Below are positions 41,258-48,674 of a stretch of DNA of 64,000 nucleotides, one piece after another. Location of the stretch: positions 23,276 to 87,275 of the forward strand of contig JANXBH010000005.1 of assembly GCA_025060695.1 (NCBI GenBank). Reading direction: 5' to 3'. The translations under genes and the position numbers were made by a program. Origin of the DNA: a candidate division WOR-3 bacterium. GTDB taxonomy: Bacteria > Hydrothermota > Hydrothermia > LBFQ01 > DSFT01. Below the pieces are notes generated by a model, which saw only the letters and a program-made list of their open reading frames with translations, was not told the origin of the DNA and made no database searches. Each line of letters starts with the position of its first letter. Position 1 is the stretch's first letter.

Positions 41258-42121
41258 TTGAAAAGATTATTTTGCTTTCTGATATTATTTGGTTGTAATG
41301 AAGAGTTAAATCTTAAAATTGAGGATTTAAATAAATTTTATATATTCTCCGAAAATGATGAAATTAAAAGATTTTTCATTTCTTACTTTGATACGAATTT
41401 TTATAGATTTTTGGAAATAAAGAATTTATCAGAGCTAAATAAAATAAACAATCTTATTATTATACTTACTGAAAATAGTAGGGAATTTTACAGATTTTAT
41501 AAATACATAAATGACGAACTGGGATATAAGCATAACTATAGTAGAGATGGTAGTTTTTTATTTGGTATATTTGGAAAAAATGAAGAAGATTTAAAATTCA
41601 ATATTTACAAAAATAGAAGCTATATTGATAGCGTATTAAAGAAAAGAGTTTACGAACTTGCATACAAAAGAATTTTTTACTTCGGAATTGATAAAGAGAA
41701 AACGAGGCTTTTTAAAGAAAAATTATATTTAACTTTGGATATTCCAGTAGGTTGGAGAATTTTAGATAGTCAAAGTATATCGCATGGTTCATTCTTTCGT
41801 TTTGTAAAGGAAAATCCAAAAAGGTATATGAGTTTATATATCTTAAATACTAAACCAACATTGAGCTATAGTAATATCTCAGAGACTAGAAAACTCCTAA
41901 TGGATACATTTTGGAATACTAAAATTTCATATATTGCTATGGACAAACTATGTATAGATGGTAATATTAAGCAGGGAGTTTTTAGAAGCTGTATGGGTTA
42001 TTTAAATAGTAAAGCTTACTTCTATGACATTAGCGTTATAGATAGTTATTTAAATAATTTAGTTCTATACATTGTTGAGATAGACGCGATTTTAAGTAAT
42101 TTAAGTGTAAATGAAAAATAG
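41258..42121 (+). CDS. hypothetical lipoprotein
   Basis: Lipobox MKRLFCFLILFGC. TTG start. No recognisable domain. Confidence 0.4.
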   Translation: MKRLFCFLILFGCNEELNLKIEDLNKFYIFSENDEIKRFFISYFDTNFYRFLEIKNLSELNKINNLIIILTENSREFYRFYKYINDELGYKHNYSRDGSFLFGIFGKNEEDLKFNIYKNRSYIDSVLKKRVYELAYKRIFYFGIDKEKTRLFKEKLYLTLDIPVGWRILDSQSISHGSFFRFVKENPKRYMSLYILNTKPTLSYSNISETRKLLMDTFWNTKISYIAMDKLCIDGNIKQGVFRSCMGYLNSKAYFYDISVIDSYLNNLVLYIVEIDAILSNLSVNEK

Positions 42122-42966
42122 TCATTTTTTATCGGTTTGATATAGTATATATCCAATAAGTGTGAGGATAAGTTCAATAATTAAGTTAAAAATTCTAAAA
42201 AGAATGCTTATTTTATTTGAAAGATCAATATCAAAAAATTTCATGAGCATGAATATCATAACCCCTTCTCTTACTCCAATACCTGCTGGTGCTATCAGAG
42301 ATAGTATACCTATGTTGTAAGAAATAGGAAAAATTAGAAGGCTGTAGAATAAGCTTATTTCTCTATTTAATGATAGTATAAAGAAGTAAAGTGATAATCC
42401 CACTAATAGCCACATAAATAGAAACATAGTAAGTAAAACGAAGAAAGTGCTTAGCTTGATACTAAATTCGTATTTCTTTGAAAGAAAATACAAAACTATC
42501 GGAAATAAGAAAAATACTATGATAGAGCCAAAGAGTAAAATGTAATTCTTTATTTCGTAGAAATAAAAGCAAAGCATAGGTATTGCACTATAAATTAAAT
42601 AGAACTGATTTAGTAAAATACCTTTTGCTATTGATTTTATATTTAAATTCAGACTTTTGGAAATACCAATTAGCAATGTAAATGTCCAAAATCTTCCCGG
42701 TAGATATCTTCCAAGTATTGAAAGAAATGATATATAAAAGACTCTTTTATAGGATAACTCTAAATGGAATAGTTCGTATATAAATCTAACTATGTAGACA
42801 GAATATAGATTGAATGCTAAAAAAAAATAGAAGATAAAAGAAAATAGATTTTATTAGAAGAAATTAGTATTTCTTTTATCTTTTCAATATCTTTAAATGC
42901 AAAGTAAAACATTACAAGGAAAAGAAGAAGCGATACTAAGGAAAGAAAGACCCTTAATTTATTCAT
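42122..42966 (-). pseudogene. UPF0104 (LPG_synthase_TM / flippase-like) membrane protein interrupted by a frameshift in an A9/T9 homopolymer
   Basis: The ATG at 42966 (ATGA overlap with the serS stop) opens MNKLRVFLSLVSLLLFLVMFYFAFKDIEKIKEIL..SSIFF, then reaches TAG inside T9 (plus-strand A9 at 42819-42827). A +1 T continues as LAFNLYSVYIVRF..LGRYLPGRFWTFTLLIGISKSL.., directly into the track ORF 42122..42676, which carries APAGIGVREG. Confidence 0.65.
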
Positions 42967-44231
42967 TTAATTATATCTAAGCCAAGATATTTTCTTAGTG
43001 GTTCGGGGACAACTATATAACCTTCCTTGGTTTGATTATTCTCTATTATAGAAATTAAAACTCTTGGAGTCGCAAGTCCAGAACCATTTAAAGTGTGAAC
43101 AAATTCTTTCTTACCATTTTTTCTTCTAACTTTAATATTTGCCCTTCTACTTTGAAAATTCTCTACATTACTAATAGAACTTGCTTCTAAGTATTCCTTT
43201 TGACCTACACAGTATACTTCAATATCGTAAGTTTTTGCTGAAGCAAATCCCATATCTCCAGTGCAAAGAAGAACAACTCTATATGGTATATTTAAACTTT
43301 TTAATAACTCCTCAACATCTTCAACCATCTTTTCATGTTCTATATATGAATTTTCTGGAAGAGTAAACTTATATAGTTCTACTTTATTAAATTGATGCAT
43401 CCTTTTAATACCCCTTACATCTTTTCCATAAGCTCCTGCTTCTCTTCTAAAGCATGGGGTATAAGCAAAGTAATATACTGGTAATTCGCTTTCTTCTAAA
43501 ACTCTATCTACAAATAAGCTCGTTAATGGAACTTCTGCTGTAGGAACTAAATATAAATTATCTTTTTCAATATAATACATTTCATCTTTAAATTTTGGAA
43601 GTTGACCACTATTGAACATAGTTCTTTCATTTACTAAAAATGGTGGAATAATTTCTGCATATCCTCTTTTCTTTGCAAACTCCCTAAAGTAGTTTATTAA
43701 AGCCCATTCAAGTTCTGCACCAAGACCTTTATATACTACAAATCTTGAACCTGCTATTTCTCCTCCTTTTTGGAAATCTATAATATTTAATTTTTCTGCA
43801 ATTTCCCAATGTGGTTTTGGTTCAAAGTCAAACTTAGGAATATCCCCCCAGCTTCTAATAATTTTATTTTCCGAACTATCCTTTCCTACAGGCACGCTTT
43901 CATGTGGAATATTCGGAATAAGGCTCCAATAATAATAAAATTCATTTTCTATAATTTTTCTTTCATCTTCTAATAGTTGAAGCTCGTTGTCTATTTGTTT
44001 TGCTTCTTCAATTAAATTACTTACATCTTCATTTTTTACTTTAAGCTGTGAAATTTTTTTAGATACTTCATTTTTCTTCGCTCTTAATTCATCAACTTTT
44101 TTTATATACTCTTTTCTTTTGTTATCAAGTTCCAAAACTTTTTCAATTAATTCTAATCCATATCCACGATTTTTTAAAGAAACTTTTAATTTTTCTAATT
44201 TATCTCCTTTTAAATAAGATAAGTCAAGCAT
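42963..44231 (-). CDS. serS: seryl-tRNA synthetase
   Basis: N-terminal coiled-coil arm. Class II motifs FRREAG, GIKRMHQFNKVE and TLNGSGLATPR. Confidence 0.97.
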   Translation of the reverse strand: MLDLSYLKGDKLEKLKVSLKNRGYGLELIEKVLELDNKRKEYIKKVDELRAKKNEVSKKISQLKVKNEDVSNLIEEAKQIDNELQLLEDERKIIENEFYYYWSLIPNIPHESVPVGKDSSENKIIRSWGDIPKFDFEPKPHWEIAEKLNIIDFQKGGEIAGSRFVVYKGLGAELEWALINYFREFAKKRGYAEIIPPFLVNERTMFNSGQLPKFKDEMYYIEKDNLYLVPTAEVPLTSLFVDRVLEESELPVYYFAYTPCFRREAGAYGKDVRGIKRMHQFNKVELYKFTLPENSYIEHEKMVEDVEELLKSLNIPYRVVLLCTGDMGFASAKTYDIEVYCVGQKEYLEASSISNVENFQSRRANIKVRRKNGKKEFVHTLNGSGLATPRVLISIIENNQTKEGYIVVPEPLRKYLGLDIIK

Positions 44232-44237
44232 TTTAAA

Positions 44238-44243
44238 ATTTTA
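44238..44243 (-). promoter_or_regulatory. -10-like TAAAAT, 6 nt upstream of the serS ATG, inside the 18-nt yraN-serS spacer
   Basis: ACCTTAAAATTTTAAAATG, with no SD. Confidence 0.4.
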
Positions 44244-44249
44244 AGGTTT

Positions 44250-44582
44250 TTATATATAGTCAATTTCGCCATGGTAGACTATTTTTTGATTACTATATAT
44301 AACTATTTCAAACTTATAATTTTCTATATTATTTTCAAGCACGTATTTATTTATGCAGTCTTCTAATTTCTTAATTTTACTTATACTAATTGTCATTGAA
44401 GGCTCAAGTTTGTTTATTGTTCTTACTTCAATAAATACTATAGTATTATCCTTTTTAGCAATTATATCAATTTCTCCATGTTTACCGCAAAAGTAATTCT
44501 GTTCTAAAATTTCATATCCTAAGCTTCTTAGATAATTGCAAGCTATTCTTTCTGCTTTTAAACCTTTCTCCCTTCTATTCAA
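44250..44582 (-). CDS. yraN: YraN-family (UPF0102) endonuclease-like protein
   Basis: The pattern G..AE..A..YL...GYEILEQNY....GEIDIIAKKDNTIVFIEVRT is the family signature. Confidence 0.8.
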   Translation of the reverse strand: MNRREKGLKAERIACNYLRSLGYEILEQNYFCGKHGEIDIIAKKDNTIVFIEVRTINKLEPSMTISISKIKKLEDCINKYVLENNIENYKFEIVIYSNQKIVYHGEIDYI

Positions 44583-45927
44583 ATGGTATATCTTCTAAAC
44601 TTGGGGTTTCTAAGTCATCTTGCATCATAGTTGTAAATCTAAAAACACTACTTTCAAATATAAGGGTATCTTCTCCTATTGGTCCATTTCTATTTTTTGC
44701 AACGTTCACACCTATTATTCTTTGTGAGTCATCCTTAGTTCTATATAGCAGTACTACTATATCCGCATCTTGTTCAATACTTCCACTTTCTCTTAAGTCT
44801 GAAAGTTGAGGTTTTTTATCAGCCCTTTCTTCAGCTTTTCTTGATAGTTGACTTAACACAATTATCGGAATATTTAGTTCTTTTGCAAAATTCTTTAAAT
44901 TCCTCGTAATGAAAGCTATTTCTTGTTGTCTACTTTCTCTTCTTTTTCTTTCATGTGGTTCAAGTTCTATAAGTTGCAAGTAATCAATTGTAATAAGTTT
45001 TACCTTATTTTCTCTAACTACTCTTCTTGCTTTTGCCTTAATTTCTAATAATGACGATGAACTATCATCTATCCATAAAGGTGCAGATTCTTTTAGTTTG
45101 CCTATAGCTTCTATTATTTTTGCAAATTCTTCTAAATTAATTGAACCTGTTCTGATTTTCATGTTGCTAACATTTGATTGCATAGAAATGAATCTTTGTG
45201 CAAGTTCATTTGCACTCATCTCAAGCGAAAATATTGCAGTTGCCTCATTTTTTTCTACACTTAAATATCTATGAATAAATAGTGCAAAGGATGTCTTTCC
45301 TACACTTGGTCTTGAAGCAATAATTATTAAGTTTCCTGGTAAAAAACCTCCTGTTAAGTTGTCCAAAAAACTTATACCCGATGGTAATCCAATAACGCTG
45401 CTTCTTTTATTTGCCTTTTCAATTATCTCATTTTCATGTTCTTCAATAATTTCTAATAAATTAGTGAAACCCTTTCTAATTCCTCTGTCTCTTATTTCAA
45501 GTATTCTTGCTTCTGCAAAATCTAATAGTTCATTGGCTTTTCTCTCTTGCTTTTCTGCTTCTCTTATTATAGTTTTTGAGGTCTCTATAACCTTTCTATA
45601 TATACTTTTTTCAATTAGTATGTTAATATGGTAATCAATTGTTGATGCTTCAGAGTAGAATTTTTCAATAATTTGATATAAATAGTCGTAACCTCCTATT
45701 TTTTCAAATGTTCCTCTTTTTTCAAGTTTGTCCTTTAACATTCCAACATCTATAATTTCTTTATTTTCTATTAGATATAGGTCTCTAATGGCCGCAAAAA
45801 TTTCCCTATTTTTTGCATCTACAAAGTCTTCTTCATTTAGTTTTTCCATTACTTTTCCTATAGTTTCTTTAGGATATACAAGCATTAGATATATTATGGT
45901 CATTTCTGATACTATTGCATCTGGCAT
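44575..45927 (-). CDS. dnaB: replicative DNA helicase
   Basis: Walker A SRPSVGKTSFAL, Walker B LITIDYLQL, and the SQLSR and ESGSIEQDADIV blocks. Confidence 0.95.
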   Translation of the reverse strand: MPDAIVSEMTIIYLMLVYPKETIGKVMEKLNEEDFVDAKNREIFAAIRDLYLIENKEIIDVGMLKDKLEKRGTFEKIGGYDYLYQIIEKFYSEASTIDYHINILIEKSIYRKVIETSKTIIREAEKQERKANELLDFAEARILEIRDRGIRKGFTNLLEIIEEHENEIIEKANKRSSVIGLPSGISFLDNLTGGFLPGNLIIIASRPSVGKTSFALFIHRYLSVEKNEATAIFSLEMSANELAQRFISMQSNVSNMKIRTGSINLEEFAKIIEAIGKLKESAPLWIDDSSSSLLEIKAKARRVVRENKVKLITIDYLQLIELEPHERKRRESRQQEIAFITRNLKNFAKELNIPIIVLSQLSRKAEERADKKPQLSDLRESGSIEQDADIVVLLYRTKDDSQRIIGVNVAKNRNGPIGEDTLIFESSVFRFTTMMQDDLETPSLEDIPFE

Positions 45928-45934
45928 GCTATAA

Positions 45935-45940
45935 ATTTTA
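45935..45940 (-). promoter_or_regulatory. -10-like TAAAAT, 7 nt upstream of the dnaB ATG
   Basis: GGCTTTAAAATTTATAGCATG, with no SD. Confidence 0.45.
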
Positions 45941-45953
45941 AAGCCACTTACTT

Positions 45954-45959
45954 TAAAAT
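45954..45959 (+). promoter_or_regulatory. -10-like TAAAAT, 7 nt upstream of the ATG at 45967
   Basis: TACTTTAAAATTTTATGTATG, with no SD. Confidence 0.45.
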
Positions 45960-45966
45960 TTTATGT

Positions 45967-46428
45967 ATGGTAAGAATTTTGTTTGTAAGTTTATTTTTTT
46001 TAATGATTTCTTGTAAGAAGAAAAGTGAAACAAGTAGTTCTTGTGAACAACCTGCAACTAATCTTAGTGGTATTTGGAAAGGTTCTTGGGTTTTGCCACC
46101 AGATCCTCCATATAATAGCCAGACAGGTCAGATTTGCACAAGGATAGTTCAAACTGGAAGTTTAATAGACGGGAAGCTATATGATATGGATAATTCAAGT
46201 CAGTTTTTTGATAGTGTAGATATAAAAGGAAATATATGTGGTTCGGTAGTTAATTTAAGAACTGATACTATGGTTTATTTTAATATTAAAATAATTGCTA
46301 AATTTAATGGTAATGTTGTGTATGATACTTCTGGCGGAACGTTTAAAATTCAAGCTCCTCAGAATAACTATGAAAGCTCAGATGGAACTTGGTGGATGAA
46401 AAGGGATACAGCTGCTTCATGTAAATGA
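45967..46428 (+). CDS. hypothetical lipoprotein
   Basis: Lipobox MVRILFVSLFFLMISC. No recognisable domain. Confidence 0.45.
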   Translation: MVRILFVSLFFLMISCKKKSETSSSCEQPATNLSGIWKGSWVLPPDPPYNSQTGQICTRIVQTGSLIDGKLYDMDNSSQFFDSVDIKGNICGSVVNLRTDTMVYFNIKIIAKFNGNVVYDTSGGTFKIQAPQNNYESSDGTWWMKRDTAASCK

Positions 46429-47438
46429 ACTTTATTATATCTCAAGTTTTTGAAAGTGCCTATCCTGTATTTGAATTAAGAAATGTAAATCCTTATGGTT
46501 TTTTTGATAGAAAAGCAAATTACATATGGTTTTTTAAGTATAATGAATACTACATTATGGAAGCGTATTTTAAAAGAAATAATGAATTAAAAAAATTAGT
46601 TATTTTACTTGATAGACCAAGTTATTTAAGTATTGTAAATGACTATAAAAAATTTTCTTCTGAGAATTACTTTGTTCATTACTTAGCTTCTCAAACTTTA
46701 ATCTCATATTTATTTTATTCTGATTTCCCAAGTACTATTGAAATAGACCAGAAGCTTGTAAATCCACTAAGAACTGTGTTTCCACTTATGTGGTTAGGTT
46801 TTAGTTATGCAGTTCAAATGAGATTCAGTCCTATAAGTAGCTCTATGGTTTATGCATCAAGTTATGGAGCAGTAAGTGGTTATTTAAAGAACTTTTTAGT
46901 TTTAGATACATATGAAAGGATAATTTGGAGTATGTCCGAAAATTTGCTATATTTTATTTCTACTTACTATTTCAAGCCTCGCATTCCTATTATTACAAGA
47001 AGCATATTTTTGACAACATTATATTATTTCAATCACTATGCATTTGAAAATTCAGTTTTTGACTTAAGAAGTTCTATAAACTCAAGTATAATATCATTTT
47101 CTAATTTAGCACTTTTTAGAAATGACATAAGAACTACTAACGGTGACGTGTTTTTCGAAGCAATTTCTTCTATTTCTTTTGGTTTTAGTTCTTATAATCT
47201 AAAAAATGACTTTGAGTATTTGGTTATTGGTGCTAATTTGGGATATTTATTAGGATTATATATGTCTCAAAAAAATGATATAGCTCTTTCAAGTTCCTTT
47301 GCAAGTGCAATTTTTACAACTATTATCACTTATACAATTTCTGGAATATTTTCCGATATTAAAAGACAAGTTTATATTATCACACCCTTTATCTTATATG
47401 CTAATTATTTCTTAATTGATAGACTGTTTGATTTTTAA
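46425..47438 (+). CDS. hypothetical membrane protein
   Basis: Long ORF with several hydrophobic segments. ATGA overlap with the upstream lipoprotein gene. Confidence 0.4.
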   Translation: MNFIISQVFESAYPVFELRNVNPYGFFDRKANYIWFFKYNEYYIMEAYFKRNNELKKLVILLDRPSYLSIVNDYKKFSSENYFVHYLASQTLISYLFYSDFPSTIEIDQKLVNPLRTVFPLMWLGFSYAVQMRFSPISSSMVYASSYGAVSGYLKNFLVLDTYERIIWSMSENLLYFISTYYFKPRIPIITRSIFLTTLYYFNHYAFENSVFDLRSSINSSIISFSNLALFRNDIRTTNGDVFFEAISSISFGFSSYNLKNDFEYLVIGANLGYLLGLYMSQKNDIALSSSFASAIFTTIITYTISGIFSDIKRQVYIITPFILYANYFLIDRLFDF

Positions 47439-47439
47439 T

Positions 47440-47976
47440 TTAAAGATGAATTCTAAAGATTATTTTTATAGTATCATTGAGACTCATTTGGTATATCTTT
47501 TTTATAGGAACTATCCAAATTAATTTATTTTCTGAAATACTATCTGCATTGGATTGAAGGATTTTTTTCTCAGAAAATACAGAGAGTTTATAGTAATTTT
47601 CATCACTTATAAATGGTTCTAAATTTTTTGTTAAAGTATCCGATAGCACCAAGAACTTATAAAACTCAATATAGTCCTTTCCCTTATAAAATTTTAGTGA
47701 ACTATCTTTAACTATAAGTTCATCTAAGTTCAAATTTTCATAAAAAATCTCTATTCTTCCTATATTCTTTATAGTATCCTTTTCAATCTTCGTATATTTT
47801 GCTCTTTCATCCTTTAAATTCATGTTTAAACTATCTTCTGAAAAAATTTGAAGTACAAATAGTGGTATTTCAACTTTATATAGTAGGTCAAATTTATTAT
47901 TTTTCTTTATGTGAATTTCCTCCTCAATTGTAAAACATCCTAAGAGTAATAAAAATGGAGTATATCTTAGCGACAT
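47440..47976 (-). CDS. hypothetical lipoprotein
   Basis: Lipobox MSLRYTPFLLLLGC. Confidence 0.4.
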   Translation of the reverse strand: MSLRYTPFLLLLGCFTIEEEIHIKKNNKFDLLYKVEIPLFVLQIFSEDSLNMNLKDERAKYTKIEKDTIKNIGRIEIFYENLNLDELIVKDSSLKFYKGKDYIEFYKFLVLSDTLTKNLEPFISDENYYKLSVFSEKKILQSNADSISENKLIWIVPIKKIYQMSLNDTIKIIFRIHL

Positions 47977-48386
47977 TTATTTAGCTTTAGTTGTATTGGG
48001 TAGTCGTACTTTGGAATTTTTATGAAAACCGATGGATATGTTATAACCATAAGGACAATTTGATCCTTTTTTGGACATTCCTCATTAGCATATATATTAA
48101 TTTTTTTATTTTCTAATAAAACTTTTGTAATGTTTATACTATATCCACTTGTTGGTCTTTGACCTAAAAATATGCCAATAAGTATCTCTTTGTTAAAGTC
48201 AATAGTTAACTTTGGAATTTCATCTGATATAATATTTGTGTGTTCTCTATAAAAATTTTCGTATTCTTTGTATGATTTGAAAATTTTTATACCTTCACTT
48301 TGATATCCTAAACTAATATTTTCTACTATTTCATAGTGTATTTCTTTTGGACTATTACCCATAAATGATAGAAAAAAATATATCAT
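47967..48386 (-). CDS. PrcB C-terminal-domain-like protein
   Basis: GIFLGQRPTSGYSINITKV matches the G..PTGGYSI.I core of the PrcB_C domain. Confidence 0.5.
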   Translation of the reverse strand: MIYFFLSFMGNSPKEIHYEIVENISLGYQSEGIKIFKSYKEYENFYREHTNIISDEIPKLTIDFNKEILIGIFLGQRPTSGYSINITKVLLENKKINIYANEECPKKDQIVLMVITYPSVFIKIPKYDYPIQLKLNKCR

Positions 48387-48392
48387 TTTAGT

Positions 48393-48411
48393 TGGGGTCC
48401 TTTGGACCCCA
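48393..48411 (-). terminator. GC-rich hairpin after the small lipoprotein gene
   Basis: TGGGGTCC-TTT-GGACCCCA, a perfect 8-bp stem, lies between the stop at 48419 and the next start at 48386. Confidence 0.45.
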
Positions 48412-48418
48412 GTTTATG

Positions 48419-48628
48419 TTATTTTTTCCCTTCTGGTGCTTGCTTGGTTTGTTGAGCGGCGGTATCAGTGGTTTGCTTTTGAGCAGTGTCAGTAACAGGT
48501 TGGGTTTGTTCTGCTGGTTGAGTTTGCTGTGGTTGTTCAGCAGGCTTTTGTTCTTCTGCTTTTTGCTGTGGTTCACCGCAAGCACCGAGTGCTATTATCA
48601 AGCTGAGAGCCCATACAAAGTTTCTCAT
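48419..48628 (-). CDS. small lipoprotein with Gln/Pro/Glu/Thr/Ala-rich disordered tail
   Basis: Signal peptide and lipobox MRNFVWALSLIIALGAC. Strong SD AAGGGAGGTTAAGGAG. This is the only one of three overlapping frames with a start context. The segment is visibly more G+C-rich than its surroundings. Confidence 0.6.
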   Translation of the reverse strand: MRNFVWALSLIIALGACGEPQQKAEEQKPAEQPQQTQPAEQTQPVTDTAQKQTTDTAAQQTKQAPEGKK

Positions 48629-48658
48629 CTCCTTAACCTCCCTTAAGTAAGTTTGATA

Positions 48659-48664
48659 ATTTTA
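48659..48664 (-). promoter_or_regulatory. -10-like TAAAAT in TGCTTTAAAATTATC; here followed by a leader of about 24 nt with an SD
   Basis: Motif member. This is the exception where a leader with an SD follows. Confidence 0.4.
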
Positions 48665-48674
48665 AAGCATAACA

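Noticed and set aside
48388-48646. Track ORFs 48388..48585 (-) and 48392..48646 (+) overlap the small lipoprotein gene.
   Set aside because: These frames stay open only because of the G+C-rich, low-complexity sequence. Only 48419..48628 (-) has an SD, a signal peptide with a lipobox and a downstream hairpin.
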